Positions 25,515 to 38,694 of a stretch of 64,000 nucleotides of DNA are shown here, in pieces. Every line of letters starts with the position of its first letter. Positions within the stretch are counted from its first letter, which is position 1. The DNA is from Octopus bimaculoides. Taxonomy: Eukaryota. The DNA lies in NCBI RefSeq assembly GCF_001194135.2, contig NC_069004.1, forward strand, positions 13,158,303 to 13,222,302. The letters are read 5' to 3'. Below the pieces are notes generated by a model that saw only the letters and a program-made list of their open reading frames with translations, ran no database searches and had not been told where the DNA came from. Position numbers and translations under genes: made by a program.

Positions 25515-25946
25515 CCTTTTAACATTTAAACCAACAATATCCAGCCCAAATATTCTACCTGTTTAATCCTTTAGCATTTAAACCAGCCATATCCAGCCCA
25601 GATAGTCTATCAGTTTTATGTTCAAACTGGTCAGATCCAGCTTCTCACACTTACCCAACAATGTCATTCTAAAAATAAACAATCACAGCATTAGAAACTT
25701 GAAGCTAAGAGATAATGCATGATTAATTCAAAACAATGAGATTAAAAAAAATCATTTAACAGAGGAATTTGGATGCTAAAGGGTTAATGTTCAAACTGGC
25801 CAGATCCAGCCTCTCATACCTACCCTACAATATCATCCTAAAAATAAACAATTACATCAGCAAAATCTTGAAGCTACGAGATAATGCATGATTGATTGTA
25901 AGTAGATATGCATTATATTTGGCAGAGAAATCTGAATGCTGAAGGG
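25515..25946 (+). mobile_element. piggyBac-type MITE with a second copy of itself (25567-25783) nested at TTAA
   Basis: Termini (C)CCTTTAGCATT...ATGCTAAAGGG; inner copy flanked by TTAA at 25563-66 and 25784-87. Confidence 0.8.
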
Positions 25947-26128
25947 TTAAAGAACAACTAGAATAAGGAATTCCATGCAAAGAGTTTCCATGTCTCCAAC
26001 AAAGTCCCTTCTGAAATTTGTAGCTCCTAACTTACAGAATCATAACATGATTGAGCTGGGCTGGGGCTTTGACATGAATATTTTCAACAGGATGCTAAGA
26101 ATTAACTTGTAAAAAAAAAATTTTGTTA

Positions 26129-26292
26129 GGTGCGGGTGTAGCTGTGTGGTAAAAAGCTTGCTTCTCAGCCACATGGTTCTGGGTTCAATCCCACTGCATG
26201 GCACCTTGAGCAAGTGTCTTCTATTTTAGCTCCAGATCAACCAAAGCCTTGTGAGTGGACTTGGTAGACAGAAACTGAAAGAAGCCCATTAA

Positions 26293-26333
<41 letters not shown>

Positions 26334-26533
26334 TTTATCCCTCACCACCACATAACTGGTATTGGTGTGTTTATGCCCCCCCGTAACTTAGTAGTTCAGC
26401 AAAAGAGACTGAGAGAATAAGAACCAGGCTTCAAAGAAAAAAGTACTGGGGTTGATTCATTCCACTTAAAATTCTTCAGGGCAGTGCTCCAGCATGGCTG
26501 CAGTCTGATGACTGAAACAAGTAAAAGATAAAG
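26129..26533 (+). mobile_element. Family A SINE, near full length
   Basis: Colinear with 58449-58850. Confidence 0.85.
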
Positions 26534-27399
26534 GATTGCAAAAACAAAAAAAGAAAGAAAAAAAAAGACAAGTTTATGACAAGATTCAAAGTCTTTTATC
26601 TAAGATCTGCTGAAAGACATCAAGATTTGCACATGAAAGCAAGATCTTTGCATCACCCACTGGACACCAAAAACCCTTCGATTCAGCGAGGGAGCCTCTA
26701 TTACATGGTCAGCTATTTCATATCAGGAAAGAGCATATTAAATAATGTAAAAACTAGAGGGTACCTACTAAAACAGAATGGTCGAGAGTGGAATGTCTTT
26801 GGTCATAGTTTTGCTCCTGGGTCAGGGTGGAGCTGGGACTCACAACAAGCACAATTATTAAAACACTTAATTATTATCCAATTAAAATAAAAGGAAGGAT
26901 TACTCAACTATGCTAAGGCAAAAAAGTTAAGGAGCTTGTCTGTTTTCTTTACTATTTTTTCTTTTTATGAAAATCTATAAATATAACAAAGATGGCTGAC
27001 TTACACTTAACTCATGTGACCTGAAGCAGAGCATTAATGTCAAGTCCCACTCAAGAGTGAGACTCAGGAAAAAGTCCTTCATTTATTATTATTTTTTTTT
27101 TCTTTCTAGAACAACCAATTGTACGAAGATAAATTTAACACACATTTGACTGCTCTTCACACATACAGTAGCTTATATAGATGAGGAAGCACACACACTC
27201 TGCATATGTTTGTACGTAGACACACACACAAGATAGTTCAACAATAAAATATATACAAAGTAGATATACAATAGTCACATACAGATACAATAATACATAC
27301 ACAAAGCTGGAGTTCAATAGACACACACAAATACACAGAGTATGGGATATAACAGCCTTAAACACAAAACTTCAGAGAAAAATTACCATGTCATGCAAT

Positions 27400-28230
27400 T
27401 TTATGTATTATATTTGCTATTTGCAGACAACATGTTGCTACTTGACTAATCAGAAGGCAGTTTCTAGCATGTACTGAATGGAGGATCACTGCTGAGTGCT
27501 GCAAGGCAGGGGTGAAAATTAGTGTTCCAAAGACTGAGATATTGGTTCTCTCAAGAAAGTCTTCCCAGTACATTCTGCAAATTAGTGGAATGTCACCGAG
27601 GCAAGTAGAGAAGTTTAAGTATCTCAGGGCTATGTTCATGAGAGATGGGAAGCAGAAGGCTGAAATGGATGCCAGAATTGTAGGTACTGGCACAGTAATG
27701 CACCAACTCCAGCATTCAATCCTGAGAAGAGAAGAAGTTGGTAAAAAAAGCCAAACTCATAATCTTTAATTTGGTTTTTGTGCCTATCCTCAGCTATGGT
27801 AATGGATGTTGGGTATTGAACAAAAAAATATGATCACAGATACAAGTAGCTGAAATAGGGTTCCTCCAAAGGGTCTCTGGTATAATGTTACTCAACAGTG
27901 TGCATAGCTTGGAGATCAGGCAGTCTCTCCAGGTGAAGTTGCTACTTCTCTGCATTGAGAGATCACAGCTACAGTCCAACGAATATGTGATTCGAATGTC
28001 ATGGGTAAGAATTGCAAGATGGATTCTTCAAGCCAGCCAACTAGCAGGAGAACTAGAGCTACACCAAAAACGAAATGGCTGGATAATATCTATAGTCTCA
28101 GTTGGTCACATTAGGGAATCCATCCAGAACACTTCATGGTGGTTGCTTCTGATAGAATCCTATAGAAGATGTGCATAAGGACTCTATCCCCATGATCCTT
28201 CCAGGAGTAATAGGCAGATGGATGGATGAT
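27400..28230 (+). mobile_element. Decayed 5'-truncated RTE-clade LINE (RT C-terminal half and ORF2 end)
   Basis: LLFADN (YADD-like motif, 27414-31), KISVPKTEILV, VEKFKYL, PILSYG..CW, VAEIGFLQRVSG and IERSQL; many stops and frameshifts; ends in GATG repeats. Confidence 0.85.
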
Positions 28231-28984
28231 ATATTTTATATAATAGGCACTTTTATAAACCATAGAATCAATGTTGATAGGTTTCCAACAAGTCAATCAC
28301 TGGCTCATGGCAACAGAGGTATGGTGCAACTAGGGAGGAATAAATAATATCACAAGGTATTTTTGTTTGATGCACCAACTGACCAGAAATTTCTTGACAA
28401 GATTCATATATTTTTACCAGCACATATATGCACATATGAAGAGCTTTCAACATTTTCCATTCAGTAAATTTCACTCAAGCTATTCGTCAATTCAAGGCAA
28501 TATGAGAAGACATATGTCATTGGATCAAATCTGGAACCTACTGGGGGTAAAACAAACTTCTTAAGCACACAGCTGTGCTTACTCACATATAAAGGGAACA
28601 AGCTGGCACAATTGTTAGTGCACTGGACAAAATGCTGAGTGATGTTTCTTTCAGCTTTATGATCTGAGTTTAAATGCAGTTGAGATTGACTTTACCTTTC
28701 GTTCTTTTGGGTTAATAAAATAAGTTAAGCATTGGGGTTGATGTTAACTTAACTCTTCCCCTGAAATTATTGGCCTTGCACCAAAATTTGAAACCATTAT
28801 GTGTGTGTGGTTTGGATTGTTTTTGAAGCATGGAAAAATTTCAAAGTAAATCTTCATGAAGTTCCTCAAATGCATTTGTAGCTTCTAAGTAAAAGCTCAT
28901 GATATACCAAGTAAAAAGATCTTTTAGCACGGAAGTAGATAAAGTCATCCATGGGAATTAAACCATGTGTCTACCATAGACTGA

Positions 28985-29369
28985 GTGGAGGCGCAATGGC
29001 CCAGTGGTTAGGGCAGCGGACTCGCGGTCATAGGATCGCGGTTTCGATTCTCAGACCGGGCGTTGTGAGTGTTTATTGAGCAAAAACACCTAAAGCTCCA
29101 CGAGGCTCCAGCAGGGGGTGATGGCGAACCCTGCTGTACTCTTCCACCACAACTTTCTCTCACTCTTACTTCCTGTTTCTGTTGTGCCTGTAATTCAAAG
29201 GGTCAGCCTTGTCATACTGTGTCATGCTGAATATCCCAGAGAACTACGATAAGGGTACACGTGTCTGTGGAGTGCTCAGCTACTTGCACGTTAATTTCAC
29301 GAGCAGGCTGTTCCATTGATCGGATCAACCTGAACCCTCGAAGTCATAAGCGACGGAGTGCCAACAACA
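28985..29369 (+). mobile_element. Full-length young tRNA-derived SINE (family C)
   Basis: A box TGGCCCAGTGG, B-box-like GTTTCGATTC, CAA-repeat tail, 12-bp TSD ACCATAGACTGA (28973-84 / 29370-81). Other copies at about 1-80, 21890-22215, 37345-37660, 38545-39200, 43605-43885, 51630-51795 and 52320-52470. Confidence 0.9.
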
Positions 29370-30142
29370 ACCATAGACTGAACAACTGTGATACCACTCT
29401 GTCAGCAAGAATTAACTTTTAACCATGAAATTAAAAGGCTGTGTTCATTCTGGATCATATCTTAGAAACATTTGAAATTCGAAAGTAAATCTTTTATTAA
29501 AGTTGCATAAATGCAATTTTACTGACAACTCTTTTGTTTTGTAGAATCATTATCATCTGACCTACAGATGTGTGGTTTGGTTCTTGAGGGTGACTCGGTC
29601 CACTTCTATTTTTTTGTAAGGAATTTTATATTTTTTCCTTGCTTATTACTCATAGTTGTACTTAACTTTGTGCAACACAATAAAAAGTCTTATTTTCTAA
29701 TTTCTCAAGACTTCCAAAATATGACTCAAAACATACAAATTTCCTTTCTTGCTTGTAAGATTAAAGCTTCAAATTTGACACATAAAGGTTAGAAAGCTTT
29801 TCTGGTTTAGTGGTACCACAATGATCTGATCTACAGTAGACACATGGTTCAATTCTTATGAATGACTTTGCTTTTTTTTCTTTCTGTCTATAGGAGTTCT
29901 TATCTGATATTTTATGAGAGTTGTTAGCAAACCAGACAAAATGCTTAGTGGCATTTCTGGCTTTACATTCCAAACTCAAATTACACAATGGTCATCTTTA
30001 CCTTTCATCCTTTTGGGGTTGATAAAAAGAAGTACATATACCAGAGTTGATGTAATCAACTAGCCCCCTCCCCTCAAAATTGCTAAAATTAGAAAGAATT
30101 ATAGTTACATTTGCATGTAACCAACTTCATAAAAAGACATAC

Positions 30143-30186
<44 letters not shown>

Positions 30187-30198
30187 TATTTGTATATA

Positions 30199-31299
30199 CA
30201 CAGACAAGACAGAAGTAAATAGACACTCCATAAAACATCGTTTTATGTTTTTTCTAACTTGTAAAGGTTTATATTTCTTATTAATTGACATTTTTATGTT
30301 TCAGATTCTATATGTGACTGTTTAATCACACCATGTACAAAAGAAGCCTTGGAACTATCTGAATTTCAAAGAGGCCATATTGTGGATCATTCTGAAGGTG
30401 GACAAAGTATATAATCACATAAAACCTTGGGATCCCACTTTCTACATTTATTAGAGTGATTATGCAATTTACCAGGGAGAGGAAGGAGTCCACATCACCT
30501 CACCCAGATCAACCAGGGCCCTCTGACAAGACACTTCTCTTTGTTAAGAGAAGTGTGGAGGATAATTCTTGTTGCAAGGCCTCTGACATAGCAGAACAAG
30601 TTGATGTCAGTCCCAGAACAGTTGTTAGGTATCTCCACAAACTTGATTACTTGGTGACCAGCCAACATCAAGTGAAGAAAAGATTGGGCCAGTGAGTTGG
30701 TGGAGAAGCCACTAGCATTTTGGGACACTGTTATATTTTCTAATGAATCCAGATTTGCTGTATTTCCTAACAGTGATCAAGTGTGGATCTAGAGACAGTG
30801 ATCAAGAATTTGATGTGGAAAGATTGCAACCAACAATGAAACATGGCTCTAGGGAGCAATTTGGAGCAATGGTTGATCAGAGCTGGTGGAGCGTGATGGA
30901 AACATAAACTCAGATAAATATGTGTCCATATAGCAGAAAGGACTCCTTCCAATCTTCTCTAGTGGTGAAATGATTAAAGAAGACTCTTTATTCATGGAAG
31001 ATGGGGCTCCTTGTCACATGGCTAAAATGATCCTAGATTTGTTGGATGAGAATGGCATTAAAAAGCTTCCATGGACAAGTCAGTCACCAGATACAAACCC
31101 TATTGAACACCTCTGGGACATAATGGCCAGGACACTTCATAAAAAGAACAAGAAAGCATCTTCAAAGCCAGATCTTTTGAAATTACTGCATGAAACTTGG
31201 CAAGAAATTCTGCAAGAGAATATTCATCATCTGATCGGTAACATGCCTAATAGGGTCCTTGCATTGAAAGATGCAAAGGGCATGTCTACTAAATATTAA
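30199..31299 (+). mobile_element. Decayed Tc1-family (DD34E) DNA transposon with frameshifted transposase
   Basis: TA followed by the probable left TIR CACAGACAAGACAGAAGTAAATAGACAC at 30199. N-terminal ELSEFQRGHIV and HTH-like KASDIAEQVDVSPRTVVRYLHKL. Catalytic motifs IFSNESRF (D to N), FMEDGAPCH and SPDTNPIEHLW. Stop at 31299; right TIR not seen. Confidence 0.88.
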
Positions 31300-33016
31300 A
31301 TATTTACATTATAACAAATAAATAATTTGAAGATACAATAATAATGAGCCTAAATAATAATAATAATAATAATAATAATAATCCTTTCTATTATAGGCAC
31401 AAGGCCTGCATTTTGTGGGGAGAGATAAGTCGATTACATGAACCCCAGTGCTTGACTGTTACTTAATATTTTTGACCCCAAAAGAATGAAAGACAAAGTC
31501 NNNNNNNNNNATATATATATATATATAGTAAGAATACAATGCTCTGTGCACATGACATTTACAAGTGAAATGTGTATACACGTACACATATAGTTACTGT
31601 TGCATAAATATGTACACACATGCATAAGTACGTCTTGTTTCCCCACATCCCAAGAGCATTTGTTCTTGGTCCTGTCTTCTTTGTTTTTGTTTTTTTTTGC
31701 TCGTTCAATTCTTTGTATTATTCAAAATTCTTGTTGTAGTTGTTGATATTGCTGCTGTTCTTGGCAATGTTTGTTTTTATTGTTGTTGTTGTTGTTCTTA
31801 GGACCAAGTGTTGTTTTTTTTCTTTTTTTTTGTTCTGTTCTTATCTTTGTTGTAGATATTGCTGTATTTTATTCCCATTCATCAAGATCTTCCTTAAAGG
31901 TTGTTAATAAGTAGGNNNNNNNNNNGTTCTTATCTTTGTTGTAGATATTGCTGTATTTTATTCCCATTCATCAAGATCTTCCTTAAAGGTTGTTAATAAG
32001 TAGGAGAAAGAGGAGGAGGGGGGGAGTGGCTTGAGACCACACACAAAGTGAAACAACATACCTATACACAAACACACAAACAAATACACACCCAAATACA
32101 TGTGCACAAATATGCATAAACATTCACACACACACACACACACACACACGCTGATGGAGGACTTACTTAAATATCCTTTGTTATTGCCTGGAAACCTGCT
32201 TGACATTATGAAGATCCATGCAAAATAGATTTGTGCGTCTCAGAACTAAACCACAATAATCCTGCAGCATCTCAGATTCTCTTTGAGGAATGGTTAGACA
32301 AACAAGCACTATTTTGAAAAGCAGATAATGACTACCCCCATCGCTTCAATGAGAAGGTTATTTGCTAGGCTGGCTAACTTGTACTTCTATACATGAACAT
32401 TTTACTGTTTTTAAAAGCATAAAATATAAACGTAAGCATGGCTGCATGATTGAGAAGCTTGCTTCCCAGTCACATGGACTTGGATTGAGTCCAATTGCAT
32501 GGAATCTTGGGCAAGTGTCTTCTACTATTTTACAATAATTGCAGACTGACTCAAACCTTGTGAGTGGATTTGGAAGATGGAAACTGAAAAAAGCCTGTTG
32601 TATGTATGTGTGGATGTATTTTACTATGTGTGTTTTATTTTCCCTATTCTTCTTATTTTTCTTAATCACTCCCTGTCTGTATCTATAACTTTGCAACGGA
32701 ATCTGTCCCTCACCATTCTTGCCCAACGGCTTAAACCTACGGTCACTAACAACATTCTATATTAAAATCCGGGCGACACAGAGTTCATTTAATTAGCTAC
32801 CTCTCATTACATCACCTGATGCACCACAACTATACCAAGGATGCACCACAACTAGTTGTATAGTTCCCCACCCATGAAGGGTTGATGCAAGATATGTTAA
32901 AATAGTTGTGAGTCATAAAGCTTCTTGTGTAGTCCATTTCCCATCTATCATTTATTATGTATATATGTAGGCAAATTGAAAATTAAAAATAACAAAAGTC
33001 AAATGGACATACACAT

Positions 33017-33408
33017 GGCACAGGGGTGGCTGTGTGGTAAGAAGCTTGCTTCCCAGCCACATGGTTCCAGGTTCAGTCCCACTGCATGGCCCCTTGGGCA
33101 AGTGTCTTCTACTATAGCCTCAGGCCAACCAAAGCCTCGTGAGTGGATTTGGTAAACGGAAACTGAAAGAAGCTTGTCATATGTGTGTGTGTGTCTTTGT
33201 ATCTGTCCTCACCATCACTGCTTGACAACTGGTGTTGGTGTATTTATGTCCCCGTAACATAGTGGTTTAGCAAAATAGACTGATAGAATAAGTACTGAGC
33301 TTTAAAAATAAGCCCTGGAGTTGATTTCTTTGATTAAAACGCCTCAAGGTGGTGCTCTATTCATGGTTGCAGACAAATGATTGAAACAAGTGAAAGAATG
33401 AAAGAATG
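33017..33408 (+). mobile_element. Family A SINE, near full length
   Basis: Colinear with 58449-58850. Confidence 0.85.
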
Positions 33409-33409
33409 G

Positions 33410-33545
33410 AATGTATTAGGTTGAAGCTCAGTACAAGATGGAAAAAAAGAGTGGGTATATAATGTTTTGAGCATGGTTCTTCATCAGAAAGGTCTGGAGA
33501 GAAGACAAGAAGTTCAAGAAAAGCACATGTGTGGTTACATGGCTG
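33410..33545 (-). mobile_element. Highly decayed third Penelope-like/HHR relic (motif 33461-33491)
   Basis: Minus strand CTTT-CTGATGA-A-GAACCATGCTC-AAAAC-ATT; CpG-decayed form of the motif at 8581 and 20107. Confidence 0.35.
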
Positions 33546-33762
33546 AAGTGACCATATATAACAAAAATAAGAATGAAGAAAACCACATTTTTTATTGGTG
33601 ATTACACAGTACATCATTGGTAATGTATGGTATAATCACCAATTAAAGATGTGATTTTCTCCATTCTTATTCTTCTTGTCATATACTCTGAATTTCTTGA
33701 AATTCTTCCAAGCGATATTTGGATTTACTTATCATACATGAGGAATTTCTTTGGATGTTTAT

Positions 33763-33870
33763 TCTACTTGCATTTATTGGTATCTGATTGTTTGATATAG
33801 TTAAGTAAATTCATTTAACACTTAGTGCTTTATAGATATCGTCTTGGATTTATTAATCCTTTTTACTTCT

Positions 33871-33906
<36 letters not shown>

Positions 33907-34052
33907 TATGTACACAACACACACACACACACATATATATGCATACTTGAATTTATTGGTATCTGGTTGTTTTGATATAGTTAATCAAATTTGTTTAACA
34001 CAGTGTGCTTTATAGATATCTGCCTGGATTTATTAATTTCTTTTATTTCTTA
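33763..34052 (+). repeat. Diverged direct duplication of about 110 bp separated by a microsatellite
   Basis: TACTTG.ATTTATTGGTATCTG.TTGTTT..GCTTTATAGATATC..TGGATTTATTAAT at about 33763 and 33943. Confidence 0.75.
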
Positions 34053-34053
34053 T

Positions 34054-34093
<40 letters not shown>

Positions 34094-34103
34094 NNNNNNN
34101 NNN

Positions 34104-34147
<44 letters not shown>

Positions 34148-34793
34148 CCATGTCTAGACACCACGTGATGGTTGTAAATGAGCTTCTTCATCATACAAAC
34201 AGGGTCATTGATTTCCAGTCTTCTGTGAATAATCATGGCTAGCTATGAGGAAATATTACCTTGCTTGGAAACAGGTAAGGATTGGTAACAGAAAGGATAT
34301 CCACTCAGAAAATTTACCTCAACAAATCCTGTTTGATCCACACAAGTATGGAAAAGTGAACATTAGATAATAATAATGATGATGATGAAAACTTTTTTTC
34401 CTTTTTTACTTCCTAAATCAGTGAGAGAAAGGTAGGAAAAGCAGCATCCATGATCCTTTGCAATTTCAGGGTTGATGATGCTAAAGAAGGAAATTATCCT
34501 CAAACCTGATATGAACGCTTGCAACAGAATGAATGCCACTAAAGGCACTAAAGGATTAAATGGTGCTATTAGACTGAATAATGGATTAAGTTTACTATCC
34601 ATGTAAGTGATGGTGGGATTTGAACTTAAATGCAAAAAGCTTGTACAAACATCACAAGGTATCTTCTCTGATGTTCTAACAATTTGCTAATCCAATACAC
34701 TGGACTGTTATTTTATTTCAATGACACTGAAACAATGCAAGACAAAGCCAACCTGAGAAGGATTTGAACAAAACATTTCATTCTATATTTTAA

Positions 34794-35016
34794 ACCTTTA
34801 GCATTTACATTACTTTGTCAAAAGTAATGCTTGTTTATTCTCATTGTCTTGAATTAATCAATGCATTATCTTGTAGCTTTGAGATTTTGATGAGGTAACT
34901 GTCAATCTTTTAGAATGATATTATAAGGGTTGGTGTGAGAAATACGATCTGGTCAGCTTGAACATAAAACAGGCAGAATATTTTGGCCAGATAAGGCTGG
35001 TTTAAATGCTAAAGGG
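34794..35016 (-). mobile_element. piggyBac-type MITE, full copy
   Basis: TTAA-aCCTTTAGCATT...AATGCTAAAGGG-TTAA. Partial family members at about 1199-1372, 2530-2930, 11040-11197, 13040-13257, 53005-53835 (interrupted) and 63131-63235. Confidence 0.8.
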
Positions 35017-35026
35017 TTAATAAACA

Positions 35027-35215
35027 TTGCCTGGTACAGTCATGTATCTCACCACACAACTCCCTTCAGGGCACAGTTCAGAGAGAGTGAAAAGGGGCAG
35101 ACAGAAAATCCTGGTTTGACAACATCAAGGACTGGACAGGTCAGAACACAGTGAACCTGCTATGCATGACAGAGAACAGAGACCAGTGGAAATGGTTGCC
35201 TATGAACATGTCCAG
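35027..35215 (+). mobile_element. Decayed RTE LINE ORF2 C-terminus
   Basis: AWYSHV, LQGTVQ, KRGRQ and KSWFDNIKDWTG..TENRDQWK across frameshifts. Confidence 0.7.
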
Positions 35216-36139
35216 TAAGTTCATCATCATCAATTCACTGCAGGGAAAGTTCACTGTTTTTTTTCTTCAATAAAATTGTTTGTAACTATTAATGGTGAGA
35301 TACTATGGATATATTTTCTTGGTAAACTTTCCTCACAGTGAACTTTCTTTGTGGTGAATCAATAGAAGTGAACTGATGGGGATGAACTGAGCTGTAATTA
35401 ACTATGAAAGTGCTTGGATAGGCACCCCAATGACTGGCTGCTTCAATTAAGGGCTCTTGGCACTGATGATGAAGAATTTGTCACGAGTACTGAAAACAAC
35501 CAATTTTGGCAGCATTTGTAGGAGGAAGCCTAATCAACACTAATCTTTGAGTTAAAAAATCTTGAAACTGCATTAGATCTAAAGAAAAAAATTTCAGTTT
35601 GTTTTTTTATTAATTCAGATTTATTGTCTTTGAGTAATGCTATGTAAGTACTTGTAGATGTGTATGCAGAACTAAATGCCTGGTATATGCTCACAGAATG
35701 AAATGATTCATGTCTGCTCATAAGCTGTTGGAGACACTGACTGGGTAAAGTTATTTTCCAGTGAATGTTTCAAAAAGAGCTTAGTAGAAAGTATAGAGGC
35801 ACGCATGCGTACACACACACACACACACACACACCAAGTCAAACTTATGTAGGTCAGTAATGGTAAATATTTCACCATATCAATATATAAGTATAAATAT
35901 GCTTGCAAATATGTGGGTATTATATAAATATAAACCGAAAAGCAATACAGGCTAAAGATAGAAAATCTGACATGTTTATAAATTGAATATATTATATACT
36001 TTGAAAATATTATAAACACTTGAAAATATTATACACACACACTTTGAAAACGTTATATATATGTATATATATATGACATTTGAAAATACACACACACACA
36101 CACACACAGATGGAGAGAGAAGAGTGTTATTTGAAAATA

Positions 36140-36390
36140 TTGGGTTGGTGCATAATTATTGCGCACTTTTTTCAACAAATTTTATTCAACAAAAACAATA
36201 ACAACATGTAACAAAAACATCTTTAAATGATTATTCTGGAGCATATTCACCATCTACTTCAATTACTGCTTCCCATTTGCTTGGCAGATGGTCAGACTGT
36301 CATTTAAAGATGTTTTTGTTAAATGTTGTTATTGTTTTTGTGGAATAAAATTTGTTGAAAAAAAGTTGCAATAATTATGCACCAACCCAA
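36140..36390 (-). mobile_element. Mariner internal-deletion MITE, 251 bp, with about 90-bp inverted ends
   Basis: TTGGGTTGGTGCATAATTATTGC...GCAATAATTATGCACCAACCCAA with TA TSDs. The core encodes a mariner transposase C-terminus (HLPSKWEAVIEVDGEYAPE*) on the minus strand. Confidence 0.88.
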
Positions 36391-37861
36391 TAAAAACTAG
36401 TAAATATATGTTATTGAGCTTACCATACCTGGTGCATAATCTGGTTAAATTCTTAACCAAAATTAATGATTTCTTTGGTTTATAAAATTTAAAAATAGAC
36501 ACCCCCCCCACCTCCAACAACAAAAAAATGCTGACACATACTCTGATATTCTGGATGAGAAAGGAATGAGAAGAGAAAACAGATGGGGAGAAGTGAAGAA
36601 ATGTGTCTGGAGTAATGGCTGCATATTCTACTCTTTTATTTGTTTCACTCATTTGACTTTGGCCATTCTGGAGCACCACCTTAAAGGGTTTTAGTCGAAG
36701 AAATCGACCCCAGGACTTATTCTGTGTAAGCCTAGTACTTATTCTATCATCTCTTTTGCCAAACCGCTAAGTTACGGGGACAAGCACAGACAGACACACA
36801 CACATGCACACAAATATGATGGGCTTCTTTCAGTTTTCGTCTACCAAATTCACTCACAAGGCTTTGATCATCCTGAGGCAATAGAAGAAAACACTTGTCC
36901 AAGGTACCATGTAGTGGGACTGAATTTCCACCTACAAGGCTTTGATCTGTCTGGGGCTATAATAGAAGGCATTCTACACATAAAGGAAAAGCAGACTGAT
37001 TATGGTTGGAACGCCTTTATCATAAAGTCTGCTTGATCAGGGTTGACCTGGAGTTCAACAACAACAACAACAACAACAACAACCATATCATTCACCATGT
37101 TCAAATCTACAATCATTATCGCAAGCCAACAAGGAAGACCTCTATGTGGTCTCTTGACTTTGCTAGAAATAACCAAACCACTATCAAATCACACCTTAGT
37201 CTTAGAAATGAATTGATGTATTTGATAATGTCCTAGATATATTAAATCTGAAGAAAAATATGCAAAATGACTTGATAGTCATGGTTGGAATAAGTATAAA
37301 TTTGTACATTCAGATTGGGCCAAGGGTTAAACAACATCTTGAACTGGCAGTCCATTGGTTACAACAATGAAGGGTTCCAGTTGATCCGACCAATGGAACA
37401 GCTGGCTTGTGAAATTAACATGCAAGTGGCTGAGTACTCCACAGACATGTGCACCCTTAATGTAGTTCTCAGGGAGATTCAGCATGACACAGAATGTGAC
37501 AAGGCTGACCCTTTGAAGTACAGGTACTACTCATTTTTCCCAGCTGGGTGAACTGGGGCAATGTGAAATAAAGTGTCTTGCTCAAGGACACAATGCATTG
37601 CCAGGATTTTGAACTCATGACCTTATGATCATGAACCAAATACCCCTAACCACAAAGCCACACACCTTCACTAAACAACATCTTGACAAGTAGCTACGGT
37701 GGCCAATTGGACAATGTATTTCAAAATACAGGCTCATACTTAAGTCAACATCATTCATCTTCATTATGAGTGAAATCAGTTTTCGTTTTCTTTTCATTGA
37801 TGCTATACAGGTCAAACAGGTTTTGTGGAGAAGACCCCCCCCCACTCCCTTCCTCTGCACC

Positions 37862-38105
37862 TTCATCTATTTATCTATTTACACCTATCTATCTACCTGT
37901 CTACCTATCTATGTATCTGTCTATCTATCTACATCTATCAATCAATCAATCTATCAATCAATCAATCTACATCTATCTATCAACATCTATCTCTCTATCT
38001 ATCTACATTTATCTATCAATCAACCAATCTATCTACATCTATCTATCTATATCTATCTATCTGCATCTATCTATCTATCATTCTATCTATCTATCTATCT
38101 ATCTA

Positions 38106-38160
<55 letters not shown>

Positions 38161-38163
38161 CTA
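37862..38163. repeat. (TCTA)n/(TCAA)n/(TC)n compound microsatellite
   Basis: Directly visible; opposite-strand (GATA)n tract at about 9445-9560. Confidence 0.9.
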
Positions 38164-38694
38164 CCTTTCTTTCACTCACCATCTTCTTCAATCTCCTAAT
38201 GTCAGTTTGTCAACACAGAGACACATGCCGTAACCTTGTTTGTTGCACGAGAGCATCCCAGTTTAGCTTAGCTCTGACCACTTCATGTTAAACCCACTTC
38301 TACTGACTTGGATATCTCCCGAACACTCAGATCAATAATATACATAAACACATACAAGCAATAGCAGCCATGTTGATTTCTGCTGAGGTTACTGTCTTCA
38401 TGGCTTTTTAAGTTTTTGTCAATTAAGTCAAACCGAGTCATTTTCCTAGGCTAGTACTCCATTTTATCAAATCACCAAGTTACATTTTTGACATAAAGAG
38501 ATGCACTCAACAATGGTTAGCATAAACACACTAGCACTCCATTGGATATGGTATCAGGGGTTCCAGTTGATCCAATCAATGGAACAACTAGCTCGTTAAA
38601 TTAATGTGCAAGTTGCCTGAGCACTTCACAGACATCATGCTCACTTAGTGTAGTTCTCAGGGTGATTCAGTGTAACACAGAATGTGACAAGACT

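Noticed and set aside
28985-29060. tRNA gene
   Set aside because: A and B boxes belong to a SINE head with TSD and tail; no complete cloverleaf.
31837-32004. Exact 79-bp direct repeat
   Set aside because: Identical copies sit on either side of a 10-N gap; likely an unmerged contig overlap.
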